Assembly (NCBI RefSeq): GCF_001447785.1
Contig: NW_015165238.1
Location: 343,633-407,632 of the forward strand
Reading direction: 5' to 3'
Source of the DNA: Gekko japonicus
Lineage: Eukaryota
DNA: 64,000 bases
This document shows, piece by piece, positions 12,772 to 25,350 of this stretch (its first letter is position 1; every line of letters starts with the position of its first letter). The notes beneath the pieces are model-generated. The model was not told the origin of the DNA and searched no databases. It saw only the letters and a list, made by a program, of their open reading frames with translations. The position numbers were made by a program, and so were the translations under genes.

Positions 12772-13166
12772 AGCCGCACCAAAATAGAAATGCCGCAGTG
12801 GGATCCCACAGATCCCCTTAGCCGCGGCGCCGTTGCTCCCCGGCATGATCAGATGCCGGGGAGGAAGCTACAGTTGGGAGGGGGAGGCTGCCGAACTGCG
12901 CATGTCTGAGCATGCACAGTTCGGGCAGGAGCCGGGGATGCACCAGCAAAAGGACGCGCCGGCGATCCCACGGCTGGCTTTGATGCGGCCTTCTCGGATG
13001 AACCACCACGGTAGGTGGTTCATTTTTTCACTGGGGTTTTGGGTGGAAGGGGTGGATCGGGAATGGGCGCGCAACGCTTCCCAGATGTTGTGGTGGGATC
13101 GCGCCCATTTGCTGTGCCCCCGATCCGTCCCTCTCCTGGCCCAAAACCTCTCATGTGACCGGGGCC
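12722..13166. mobile_element. Harbinger-like MITE inserted in the 3' end of an OR CDS
   Basis: TTA TSD; imperfect TIR ggtccttgccacacg / ggccccggtcacatg; CpG-rich. Confidence 0.82.
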
Positions 13167-16100
13167 TTACTATAGCAAAATGAAATGCATGAGGGAATTT
13201 GACTGTATGTCTTCTAAGTGTTCATAATGGAGGCAATGAACTAGAATGCTTTCTGCCAAATTACAAAGAAGGAATCCTGATTGCATGCAATCAAGTTAGA
13301 GGGACTTCTTAAGACGTCACAACTATCAGGATACATTTTTACTAACTGCATGTGTATCTTTTGATCATCCCTCATACTGGCATAATTTGGTTGGAAGTAT
13401 CTAGAGATTCTGTGAATTAGTTCGCCAGGCAATTTTGATAAAATCATTATCAGCTATTATTGTGAGCCAGTCTCTGCAGATTACTTTGTTAATCCAGCAA
13501 ACACCACTATCACCTTGTGAGCTGACTAAAATTAGCTTTTTTGCCTAATCATGGTGTTCACTGACTGACTCACCAGCTGAAGAATTGAACTGGCTCCGTT
13601 GAAACACATTGGTGTACTGAGAAGACCAGTTTAGGACTGCACTCTGAGTCCCCACTGAAATGGCATTGCTCAGAGGAGGCTCTGGGACTACAATGACTGC
13701 TTTAGGATGGGAATGAGATCTGCCAAAATGAAATGATGATCCCTGGGAGTAGAATGATCAAGTAGGGAACATACAGAAACTTGCAGAGGACATCTAATTT
13801 TCCCATGTATCCCCTTCCCTGCTGTTTGTCTGTTCTTTCCCATGGCAGCCTACACTTAGAATCACGGCCCCTTTCCTCTTTGCTTTTTACCATCCATCCT
13901 TTTGAAGACTTCTGATAAATTTGAAAGCTTGCACAGTATTTTGGAAATTTATGGATTTGGCTTTTGAGATAAACAAATATAAAAGCAGAGGAAGTGTACA
14001 GGAAAAAATACACCATCTGCAAAGATGTTGCTTGGAAAGCCAATTCTTTTGGCTAGGACACTGCCATGATAATGTGTCGGACTGTTATATTGCATCCCTG
14101 TGCAGAGTTGTTCCTGTCTAAGCCCAAGTAAGTTAAATGTCTTTGACTGGAGTAACTCTGTTTAGGATAGCACTGTCAGAAAGTGCTTCCCCTCTCCTGA
14201 CTTCTTTTTGTACAGTTTGTAGACCGAGCTGTGAGATAAAATTTAATGGTGAGTTTGGGGTAAAAATAATGAGGATCCATACTTTGAATTCATGCTTTGG
14301 AACCCTGTTTTTGCACCGTGGTAGTACCATAACGCTGTGGATCCATATTTGGTGTGTTTTTTTGTGTTGTTTTATGGTGCAATCTGTGGGCATGGCTGTG
14401 ATTTTCAATTGAAATGTATGTTTGGGGTAAATAACATGAAGATCCATGAATATCTGTGCCTTTGGATCCATGCCCCACTCATGCTTCAGACACAATCACA
14501 TCTTCCTAAATTGGCATGAGGGGGACCTTTACCAGTGGTGTTTTGCTCCCCCTAAAGAGGTCTACTGAGATGAAAGACCCCTTTCATCTCATTCTACTTG
14601 TGGATATCATATTAGACTCCATACCATAGTTTTTCTGGATCATGTCTAAGTTTTTTTTGGGGGAAACTGAGCTCTTTTGCAAAGGTATGCAGAAAATCCA
14701 TGCTGACAAAAGCAAAAGGTAGGGTCTAATATAATAAAAGCAAAATAATTAATTTTGGTAGTCTTTTGTCATCGATTTTAGTTTGGTTGCAGAGAAAATA
14801 ATTGTGCAGCAGCACCACTGGGCTATGTAACAGACCACACATGTGTGAAAGCTAAGCTTGTATGCATGCTGGTTTGTGGCCAGCCAGTGAGCTGCTATGA
14901 AGAAGAAGANNNNNNNNNNNNNNNNNNNNNNNNNNNNNNNNNNNNNNNNNNNNNNNNNNNNNNNNNNNNNNNNNNNNNNNNNNNNNNNNNNNNNNNNNNN
15001 NNNNNNNNNNNNNNNNNNNNNNNNNNNNNNNNNNNNNNNNNNNNNNNNNNNNNNNNNNNNNNNNNNNNNNNNNNNNNNNNNNNNNNNNNNNNNNNNNNNN
15101 NNNNNNNNNNNNNNNNNNNNNNNNNNNNNNNNNNNNNNNNNNNNNNNNNNNNNNNNNNNNNNNNNNNNNNNNNNNNNNNNNNNNNNNNNNNNNNNNNNNN
15201 NNNNNNNNNNNNNNNNNNNNNNNNNNNNNNNNNNNNNNNNNNNNNNNNNNNNNNNNNNNNNNNNNNNNNNNNNNNNNNNNNNNNNNNNNNNNNNNNNNNN
15301 NNNNNNNNNNNNNNNNNNNNNNNNNNNNNNNNNNNNNNNNNNNNNNNNNNNNNNNNNNNNNNNNNNNNNNNNNNNNNNNNNNNNNNNNNNNNNNNNNNNN
15401 NNNNNNNNNNNNNNNNNNNNNNNNNNCACTTAACCACTATACCAAACTGGCTCAGTGATTATTGATCTAATCAACCAATACTTTGGTGGCATATGCACAT
15501 GTGGTGATTAAAAGATAGTCTGAACCTGCAGTAGTTTGGGCATCCCTAGAAAGGGATAATCCTCAAAACAAAAGCCTGAGGCCTTGGAACCTTCTTGGAC
15601 TTGGGACAGGAGCACCAAGAAAGATCCTATTATCCTTGACCCATAGACCTCATAGCTAGGGGGATAAAACATGGCACACTTCCCTCGGACACTAAAGAAG
15701 GCTTTGCAAGGAGGAGCAGGAGCTATACCCATGTGAGGGCTTGGAGCCAGGGTGGATGCACAAAGAGAGGAGGCCTGGCTTTCTGCATCTCACCAATTGC
15801 CTGCACTGTAATTTGGTCTGAAATGAGTGTTTGGCCTTTGTGCACCGTCAAACTCTCTTGAGCAATGAAAATACAGTTGACCTTTTGATTATCACAGCTT
15901 ATAATGTTGGCTGTCCTTATTCCATGTCTGCAGGCAATTTTTTTTTTAATGGATTATTCTTCAAAGCTAGGCTGTCCCCAGGTTTCTAGAAAAACCTTCC
16001 CTTTCCACAGGGAAAAATCTCCCTTTTATGTATCTGAGCCCATTGTGCGGATTTTTTCATTTGTGCTCAGGAGCTAAGTTGAGAATTAGATGTGTACGTA

Positions 16101-17450
16101 TGGAAATTCATTCAGACATGGCAACCCCCATCTGCGCGCTGAAGTGGAATGGTCCCCAAGACAGATTTACCACTTCATCTACTATTTGTGAGATTTAGGA
16201 CTACATTTTATAAATATGACTTTTATAAACACAGAATTATTTCCCCTAGCTCAGAGATATAATTTGAATGAGAAGTGGAAAGAGAGTGACACCGTGTCTG
16301 TTAATTCTGAATGCATGTGATTTATCTCAGTTCTATATTACCCATGATCCCCTGGGACAGAAATGTTTTTTACAGAGAAATGTACTTGGGGGAACAATTG
16401 CTGTTCTGTAAATGGTTTCCCTACCAAGAATAAAAGGCTGATGTAATTGAGCTGTGTGTGTCTTTGTGTGTGTATACATAAAAATAGAAGAATACAGACA
16501 TTCATTCTACCAGACGAAACCCATCAACAGGTAAACCAGAGACATTTTAGTTGGCCTTCTGAAAGGAGCATGAAAAGAAACAAATACTTTAGAAATAGAT
16601 ACAGACTATCAGAAGCAGGCACAATTTGTTGTTTAAATTTGTCGTGCAATTGCTTAAAGCTGTGGTTTTTAAATCTGGCTTGTGAGAACCCTTGGTGTTC
16701 TCCAGGGCTTTACTGGGATTCAACAGTGAAAAAGCAGCAATGTCAAACAAGTTCCCCTGAAAACCGCTTGTCCACCAGACTCCAGTACTTAATATTTATA
16801 TAGCATATTCAGTGAGTATAGCACATACAGCCCTATGGGTAGATCTTTCTACCTTTTTTCACTGGCACATTGATCTCATCCAGTTACCTTTCTTTGTTGT
16901 GGCCCTCTCCCATCTGGCTTTTTGTCCATATATACTCTGTAACCCCTGGCATACATTTTCCCTGGAAAATGGTAGCCATCTTTTCCCCTGCAAAAAACCT
17001 CATGCGATCCAACAAGAGAGACAGAGAGCCCTTAAACTGAGGAACTTCTAATTTAAATTCCAGCATGTTTCATCACAAAAAGATGAAGCATAGAGAAGGA
17101 AGATTAACAGGAAGAATTATGGATATTAGTCAATGCTTAATGGTTTGTTCTTACTCCTTCTCTTGTCTTCCTCTTAACGACTGTGCACTGGTTGCTATTT
17201 ATCATCCAAATTATTTGCTCTCTCCAATTATGTATGTGTTTTTTTTGGGGGGGGGATGTTCTATTATCCTTGTTCACATGCATGCTTCAGACTTTCTTAC
17301 AGATACGCACAATATGAACAGTCGTTCATAGTTGTTGTTTTGCATTCAGCATTCTTGTCTATCTTTGACAGTTTATAGAAGGTATTTATGCAGTATTTGA
17401 TCAATGTGTTTGCATGCAGTTATCTAAGAGTCTTTACATTTTCCCAAATG

Positions 17451-17888
17451 AGAGCCAGTCTGGTGTAGTGGTTAAGAAAGGCAGACCCTAATCTGGAGAA
17501 CCAGGTTTGATTCTCCACTCTTCCACATGAAGCTAGCTGGGCAACCTTGGGTCAGTCACAGTTCTCTCAGAGCCTTCTCAGTCCTACCTACCTTACAGTC
17601 AATATTCCCTCTAAACTGAGTTAGTGTGAGCTAGCTCACAGTCTTTTAGCCTCTGGCTCACACATTTTTGTCTTAGCTCAGGAAGGATGGCTCCAAAGCA
17701 AACTAATTTATGCAGTAGCCAAATTGCTCACTCACAATTTTAATGCCAGTAGCTCACAAAGTAGAATTTTTGCTCACAAGACTCCACAGCCTAGAGGGAG
17801 CATTGCTCACAGGGTGTCTGTTGTGTGAACAGGAAAGTAAAGTGATTGTAAGCCAGTTCGAGACTCCATAAAAACCAACTCTTCTTCT
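17451..17888 (+). mobile_element. Squam3-like tRNA-derived SINE (interrupted); paralogous copies at ~26880-27100 and 36496-36575
   Basis: A-box tggtgtagtgg, B-box-like ggtttgattc, body cctcacagggtg, (ctt)n tail. Confidence 0.8.
17600..17805 (-). mobile_element. ~206-bp hAT MITE nested in a SINE
   Basis: Same family, opposite orientation; TSD cttacagt/ctcacagg; absent from the paralogous SINE at ~26995. Confidence 0.9.
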
Positions 17889-17992
17889 AAAGGTCTTGAT
17901 CTGAATAGCAGTGGGTACGAAAGAGAGTGGGAAAGGGAGGGAGTTAATCTCTAATCTTTTCCAGTACACAATATATGATTTCTTCTTTACAG

Positions 17993-18979
17993 ATGCAGCA
18001 TATGAAAAACTCAGAGTGGCAAAACAGAACTGCTGTCACCACCTTCATCCTTCTAGGGTTTGGCAATGCTGAGGATCTGAACATTCTCCTTTTCTTACTA
18101 TTTCTAGCTATCTACCTTGTGACTCTGTCAGGCAATCTTCTCATTGTCCTCCTGGTGATGTTTGACCAGCACCTCCATACTCCCATGTATTTATTTCTGG
18201 CAAATCTGTCCTTTTTGGAGTCCTGCTACACTTCAACAATATTACCAAGAATGCTGGCCAGTTTTGTCACAAGGGACAAAACCATCTCGCTTTTGGGTTG
18301 CATTCTTCAGATGCATTTCTTTACTACTCTGGCAGCCACAGAATGTTACCTCTTGGCTGCTATGTCATATGATCGCTACCTGGCCATATGTAAACCTTTG
18401 CATTATGCCACACTTATGAATGAGAGAATGTGTATCCTGCTTGTTTCAGTATCATGCATAATTGGCCTACTTCTTATAACCATCTTAACATGTTTGGTTT
18501 CACAGCTTAACTTTTGCAACCGATATATAATTGACCATTTCTTTTGTGATTTCACCCCCATGGTTCGACTTTCCTGTAGTGACACCCAGGTTGCGGAAAC
18601 GGCAGCTTTTATAACATCGTCTATAGGGATTCTACCTACATTTCTTGTAACTGTGGCATCCTATGTTTTTATTATCACAACAATCCTGAAAATCCCTTCC
18701 ATCACTGGGAGACAGAAGGCGTTTTCCACCTGCTCCTCTCATCTCACTGTAGTTTCCATTTTTTATGGCTCCTTAATGTTTGTCTATGTCTTGCCGACAA
18801 CAGAGAAGTTCAAAGATCTCAATAAGGTCTTCTCTTTATTGTATACATTCCTAACGCCAATGGCCAATCCTTTCATATACAGCCTAAGGAACAAAGAAGT
18901 AAGGAGCAGTCTTAGAAAACTGGTATACCAGTTCTGGGAGTTTTCTGTGACACAAAAGAAATTATGCATCTGTGATTGA
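17993..18979 (+). CDS. Olfactory receptor, tandem copy A
   Basis: All OR motifs present; ORF track starts at 17975 but ttcttctttacag|ATG indicates a start at 17993 (or the next Met). Confidence 0.96.
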   Translation: MQHMKNSEWQNRTAVTTFILLGFGNAEDLNILLFLLFLAIYLVTLSGNLLIVLLVMFDQHLHTPMYLFLANLSFLESCYTSTILPRMLASFVTRDKTISLLGCILQMHFFTTLAATECYLLAAMSYDRYLAICKPLHYATLMNERMCILLVSVSCIIGLLLITILTCLVSQLNFCNRYIIDHFFCDFTPMVRLSCSDTQVAETAAFITSSIGILPTFLVTVASYVFIITTILKIPSITGRQKAFSTCSSHLTVVSIFYGSLMFVYVLPTTEKFKDLNKVFSLLYTFLTPMANPFIYSLRNKEVRSSLRKLVYQFWEFSVTQKKLCICD

Positions 18980-20044
18980 AACCATGATTTATTTAATTGG
19001 GTTTTTTTACTGCTAATCAAAGTCTTTCAGTTCTTATTTCATGAAATTTCTGAGTATTATTGTTCCTTCACTCCTGATTATGCATGGGGGGGGGGAAGTG
19101 TAGCATTCAGTCATGTACTTTGTATGCAGATCATTGTCTCCTCCCACTAAAAAAGATGTCAGCAGACTGTAGGTTTAAACACAATAGTCTAATGGGAGGG
19201 TTTCAAAAACAATGTCGTCAAATGAACAAGATTTTTTTTTAAACTGAAACAGAGAACAAATAAATTTTCTCCTTGTGGCTGGGTGGACCCAGGTCCCAAA
19301 CACTCCTGTCTGCTCTCGTTTGTTCTAGGGAAGCAGGGATCCTGCTGACTGCACCTAGAATAGGTAGTCTAGTTGGGCTTGCTGTTCTTCACTTGGACCA
19401 ATTTCCCATGAACTGGATCCATCAGCAGAAGATCACAGGTCTCACAGCCACCAACAACAGTCTCTAGAATCGTGCTTGCTTGTGAGCTTCAGGCAACTCT
19501 TGGCTGATTAGGCTGTCTTGTGGGTTGAAGGATCAAAGAAGTTTGGGCTAGATAGACAAGTGATCTGGCTCTCTATAAACAGTGTTATATGTACTTGTTG
19601 GTTCACTGGACTGTGGGCAAAACTTTCAGATATGATACTTGATTTTAGCAACTGACAGTACAATTTTAAAAACAGTTTCCTGGGAATACGACCTGGGAGT
19701 AGAAGTAATTGGTATTCTGAGTAGACCTGTTTAAGATTGCACTGGAAATCTGGCAGATATTTTATGCTGATATATTGTGGTTGTGTGCCTCTTCAAAGAC
19801 CACCTATGGTAAGGAATTCAAGTTAGAAATGCTTGGAAAAAGTTGATAACATTGAGGCTTTAATTCGATGCTCACTTAGATGGGATTGAGCCCCATCAAC
19901 TCTAATGGGCCTAAATTCTGAGTATAGGGGACTTACATAGGTTTGTGCTGTAAATTACAATCAAGACTGCATTTTTCAAAACTAGCAGAACTAGCTTTTC
20001 TCTATTTTTTAAGGTATTTTTGCATCTGCATGTCTGAGCACCTA

Positions 20045-20233
20045 TGCCTCATGGTCATGCTGACCCATACCGGGCACAGAGGACATTCATAGAAATGGTG
20101 TGATAGCTTGCCTCTGACCTCCTGGTCCTGGCATTCTCTGGAGGTCTCCCATACAAGTACTTTCAAGGGTCAGCCGTGCTTAGCTTTTGAGATCTGATGA
20201 AATCAGGCTTGCCTGGGCTATTCAGGTCAGGGC
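20045..20233 (-). mobile_element. 5S rRNA-derived SINE (SINE3 type); paralogs ~29250-29422 and ~38710-38889
   Basis: Reverse complement gives a 5S-like head (cctgatttcatcagatctcaaaagctaagcac...tgggagacc) followed by a non-5S body. Confidence 0.75.
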
Positions 20234-21623
20234 TAAAACTAGCTTTTCCACTAGTGGAAAAGAGAGAAGAGACTCACAAATGGTTGAATATAGCTCAGCA
20301 TGGCTGTAACAGTTCATTGAAGAATGGGTGTGGTAATATTTTGAGATATTTCAATGTCTACACTTGCTTTAATGTTTTAAAAGTAATATTAAATTGTAAA
20401 GGTGTAGTACTAAATTCTGGAATCAGAATTGCAATTTTACTTCGGAGACCACAAGGTCTGCACTTTCAGGATACATTATTTAAAATCTAAAAAGTCCAAG
20501 GACTGCTTTAGAAGTTGTACAATCTAAAATCCAATCCTATGCATATTTTCTCAAAAAAATGTTAATAAGTTTGATGGAACTTAAAAGAAACAGATTGTAG
20601 CCTTGGATGTTCTCTCAACTAACATCTTCTAAAAGTTCAAAATTCAATACTTCGGTTTGACAGGTTTGACACATTCCTCTGTGGCTGAGAGATGCTAGGA
20701 GGAAGCTCGGTCTGGTGACAGGGAGAAGGAACACTTTGGGATATGGAGGTGAGGGGGTTAGTGGGCCAGTGGCATGAACTGGGTGGCCTCCCTTAATAGG
20801 GAGAGTCTGGCCCAGTGGTCCTTCTGTGAGGAATGGGTAGCTGGCAACATCTGCATCTGAGGAAGGGCAGGGAGAACCCTTATGAGTACGAGGGATAAGA
20901 AGATTTGGAGAGGGCCTTGAGTGCAGGTCCAGATGTTAGGGTGATCATTAAAGGAGGTAGTCAAGCATAGCCTGGGGTAGATGGGGGGGAGGAGAGAAGG
21001 GTGGTACACAGCATGAACCACTGTGTAAGCTCATCAGTATACTGCAGATATGACAGAATCTTCATGTCTGGGAGTTCTTCTTGCAATGGGAAGAAGGCTA
21101 TGGAAACATATCCAACTTGTTGTGCCCCAATTGTGCAAGCATCTCATCAGCCCACATTAACAGCTATACTCCCTCTCAAATGCACAGTTCATATAAACAT
21201 ACTCATAGAAACATGCCTGTCCCTCAAGCACAATCACCCTTCTTACAAACCAAACATATCAGTAATGCCTCCCTGGGTTTACCTGCAGATGTGCAATTAA
21301 GGATGGCGGAGTTTACTGTAGCATTCTTCACCACAGCCCAGCCTAATATACAGATTATGATTATGCCAACCCTTCCTAGTAGAACAGCAAATACTTGGGC
21401 ATTGGAGTGGGATAAGCATGAGCTCTTGTTGAGGTGGTAAAAGGAAATGTTGTGTGGTTGCCCCATGGGCCACACCTGGCTACTGGCCTCGCCATAGAAC
21501 CAATAGTGAAAAGAAGGGAAGAGGGATTTTCTAAGAGGGATTTTCTAAGCCCTGTGCCAATGGATGCATGCAACTGCTTCTCTGCTTTCAAGAGAAATGT
21601 GAGGCTGCTCCCACTCTGACAGC

Positions 21624-23402
21624 TAGGCCCGTAGCTAACAACTTTTTGCTCAGGGGGCCCATATTTTTCTCAGGGGGCCACCACCAGTATGTTCCCTCTA
21701 AGATGTGGAGTTTTGTGAGCAAAACTTCTACTTTGTGAGCTACTGCCATTAAAGCTTCAGTGCAGCCTGCAAGACAGGAATTAGGAGGGCGACAAGGCGC
21801 AGCTCCACCAAAGGCAAGAGGCGCGGGCAGCCAGGGCATCCTCTTACCGCAGCAGCTTGCAGCAGTGGGTCAGCCTTGTCCTTCCCCGGAAAGCGGCTGG
21901 GGAATCTGGCGGGGGCCAGAGACTGCCTCGCCTGTGGCCGAGGAGGGCCAGCAGGGTGCCGAGAAAGAAGGAGCCGGCGGTGCAGCACAAGTAGAAGAGG
22001 AGACGGAGCAGAAGCAATGCCAAGCATTGCTGTCCTCCGGGTGCCTCTTCCTCCGCGCACAGTCGGCCCAGGTGGAAAAGGGGCACCGCTAGCAGGCCGC
22101 CCCCGCCCAGTGACAAAGTGCAAAAAGATCGGAGAGATTGACAGCTATGTACAGATCTGTGGTTGCCCTTTTGCCCCACCTCCCCGCCACGATGGAGGGG
22201 CACCCGGGCGTGACCCCCCGAACAACTTTGGTGCGCTCTCGTTTACCCCCTTCCCTTCTGCCCCACGTAGAAAGGCCTGGTGAGACGGCAGGGATTGGCA
22301 CGGGGGCAAAATGGCTGAGGGAGGGAGGGGGCTCTGCCTTGGTGTCTCTATTCTTCCCCCCCCCCCACACTTGGGACCCATCGGACTTCCTTCGCTGCCA
22401 CTGTCAGGCACCCCAAAGGCCCCCGCAAGCGAGAGGAGACGGGAAGGCTCGGGGAGCGATGCGCGTGTAAGAGGCAACAGGCCTTGCAAACCCTTCCACG
22501 CGTCCGCACCATGGACTGGAAGCAGTCTCGGGCCACCGGGTCTGCCCAAGAATGTGGCCGTTCTGGGGAGGGGGGGACGCAGCCCTTTAGGCTGCTCCGT
22601 CAAGGTGGCCAGGCTGGAGAAAGCGAGGGACAAGAAAGCGGACTCCGCATTTGCTGCATTGCAGCACGGGGGGGGGTGCTCCCCCACAGCAGACTGTGGC
22701 CCCGCAGATGGCCACTGGGACGCAGTGTGGAGGAGCCCCCGAGGGGGGAGACGATGCTGCCGTGTTGAGAAATCCCGGGGAGGGAGGGGGGAAACCCGCA
22801 TCTGGGCGCTGCTTCCCTTGCTTCTGCACTAAACGGACCAGGGGTGTGTGTTGGGAGTGCGGCAGCAGTCCCAGCCCGGTGGCAGCAGCATAGAGCGGGA
22901 CAAGCCACCGCGCTCCAGCATCACCGGCGTCTCCTCCTCGTCGTTGCCTTCGGCCACGGTTGCTAGGATGCTGCTGCTGCAGGATTCGCTGCCTGAGACT
23001 CTGAGCTTCGTGCGCTCTGCGCATCCCACGGCAGGGCTCGCCGACTCAAGCTGGCCGCTGCTGCTGCTGGAGATGTTAGCAGTGGTGTCTGCATTGGGGA
23101 ACATGCTGCTCCAGCCAGTGGCGGGAACAAGCGCATCTCCCACCCAGGAGGCCCGCTTGCAAGGTCGCGTGGCCCTGCAAAGACACGGGGGGCGGAGAAG
23201 GCTTTGCAGGGACCCGCGCTTCAGCACAGCCCTGCAAAGACGTGGGAGGGCCCGCCCCTGTTGTCGTGGCGCCTTGAGGAAGATGAAGGCGCCTGTCATT
23301 GGGAGAGACGCAGGGGGAGGAGGGGGAGCAGAGGATGGGGGAGGAGGCCCGCAAAACCCGTGGGGTCCAGGCCCTGAGGGCCCCACGCAGGCTACGGGCC
23401 TG
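21624..23402. mobile_element. Non-autonomous hAT element with GC/CpG-rich cargo
   Basis: TIR (t/c)aggcccgtagc; perfect 8-bp TSD ctgacagc (21616-23, 23403-10); empty site ccactctgacagcacatttt at ~33081. Confidence 0.92.
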
Positions 23403-23604
23403 CTGACAGCACATTTTGAGACTCTGCTGTTCTGTCCCTGCACCAAAGCAGGCTTCACAGGCTTCAGAATGGGAGGAGAGGGGATAGTATTTCCTGGTTG
23501 CTCCTTATCCGTGTTGTGCTCAGCCCTTGGTGCTGCACATGGGAGGCCAACACTTTCCTCTCTGGCCTCTTCCTGGAGCTACCATTTAAAGACAGCAAGG
23601 CCAC

Positions 23605-23933
23605 AGTGGCTCAGAGGTTAAGATGCTGAGTGGAAGACCAGAAGGTCTGTAGTTCATCAGTTTAAGACCCTAGTGCTGCATGATGGAGTGAGCTCCTATC
23701 TGTGGCCCCAGCTCTGGCCAACCTAGCAGTGTAAAAGCGCATGTAGAGAAATAGGTACTGCTTCCGTGTAAAGGTAACAGTGTTCCATGTGCCTCAGCAT
23801 TTAGTCATGTCAGCCACATGACCAGAGAAATGTCTTTGGACAGTGCTGGCTCTTCGGCTTGGAAATGGAGAGGGGCACTGCCCCCTAGAGTCAAATTCTA
23901 CTAGCTTTTGAGCAAGGGAAACCTTTACCTTTT
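23605..23933 (+). mobile_element. Sauria SINE
   Basis: tRNA-like head, (accttt)n tail, TSD aggccac; empty site at ~33281. Confidence 0.85.
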
Positions 23934-24529
23934 AGGCCACCTTGCCCCATGCAGTCCACCTGTTTGACCCAGGCTCTTCCCTCCCCTGGGTGGATATTGG
24001 TCCTCTTGGGCAGACCACACCCAGCTGCCCATCTTCTTTTGCCCCCTTTTGACTGCCTTCAGCTACCTTAGGTGGGATGCCTTCTCAGCCACCTTGACCC
24101 TGACCCATCTAAGCCCTGCCCTCACCTGAGCTAGCCATTCTGCCAGTCCAGGCTTGATGATAAGGAGTTGCCACCGGCCTCTGGTCCTGGGCTGAGCAGT
24201 GCAGGGCTGACCGGCCAGTTTGGGGCTTATTTGGGGGCAGCACTGCTCCAGATCACTCAGAAGATCTGCTTGTTGAAAGGATAGGTGGAAAAAATTATCT
24301 CTCTGTAACACCATTTATTTTATTTTATTTTATTGGAATCAATAGTTTAGCGCATGCACTACTGCATCCTCTAAATGACCTCTGCATGGGCCCGTGTTGC
24401 GGGGAGGGCGGGGTATAAATTGAATTAAATAAATAAATATCAGACAACACCATAACTTCTTATTTTTCTTATACTGTCACAAAGAATATATTTCCCTTTA
24501 GAAAATAATTGCATCTCTACTACATAATC

Positions 24530-24610
24530 TGCTCCTGGGGGAGTATAGGTATTTTAATTTCCCCATTGGCATAGGTCCCTAGGGAATCCCTTATATATAT
24601 ATATATATGA
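24530..24610 (+). promoter_or_regulatory. Candidate OR promoter with O/E (EBF) palindrome; copies at 33947, 41700, 47787
   Basis: TCCCTAGGGA at 24576-85, nearby ctcctggggga and ttaatt, TA-rich tract; ~2.6 kb upstream of the next OR. Confidence 0.5.
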
Positions 24611-25262
24611 ATGTGGGGAAATGAGAGCTAGTACATACTGGTTCACTTATGGGACAACAGTACAGATAAAAAGAAGGTGTTGCTACATCTACCACATTGT
24701 ATTTTATTATACAAAGAAAGGGTGACAGATGATGGAACCACACAAGCCAAGCAGACTTCAATAACATTCACTGAATGTGATGACAACCCATTGCAGGCCT
24801 TATCCCAGTCATACCAATGATGAAGGTAATGCAGCTTCCTTCTCAAACGAAAAGGAAAATAGTGGATTGTATCCTATTATTATTATTTTCTGCTGAATCT
24901 CACTCCCATACAGTACCACCCATTTCATGGTGTATATGTGTGTTAGAACATACTAGGTTTTTGTAGAACCCGCAAAGTACAATGACATAAATGTTCATAG
25001 TGGATGAGTTACCTGAAAGAAATGTATGTATCTTTCTACATAATGAAGAACCTTGAGGGAATCATGGAAAATGTCAATGTTATCAACACTACTGCTTCAA
25101 GGTTCTTATCACTACACCCAGTTTCCTGTCTTGGCTTAGTTTCCCCCTTCTGCAAAGTCAACAGGAGAGAGAAAAAGAAAAACCTGTGGAAAATGAAGGT
25201 ACTATGAAAAAAATATTTCTGGCTTGTAAAAGAGGTTTCTTTAATACTCGGAGATTTTTTTG

Positions 25263-25350
25263 CAACATCCTTTGCAGAATTAAACCCTTCCAAACCCATT
25301 GAAGTCAATGGATTTAGCAGGGTATAACTCTGTTTAGGATTGCACTGTTA
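25263..25350. mobile_element. Short palindromic MITE (~90 bp); relatives at 4812-4892, 34633-34722, 42335-42420, 48117-48202
   Basis: Dyad centred on ccattgaagtcaatgg, ending aggattgcactgt. Confidence 0.7.

Noticed and set aside
17975-17992. N-terminal MISSLQ/MISYLQ extension of OR copies A-C
   Set aside because: These codons are the pyrimidine tract and AG of the splice acceptor, probably intronic
18162-18585. Recurrent alternative-frame and antisense ORFs within OR genes
   Set aside because: Shadow ORFs repeated only because the OR copies are near-identical
18950-18979. C-terminal CICD as a CaaX prenylation signal
   Set aside because: Terminal Asp is not a typical CaaX residue and the motif is lost in copy B
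20130-20233. 5S rRNA gene
   Set aside because: Degenerate and fused to a SINE body, so a 5S-derived SINE
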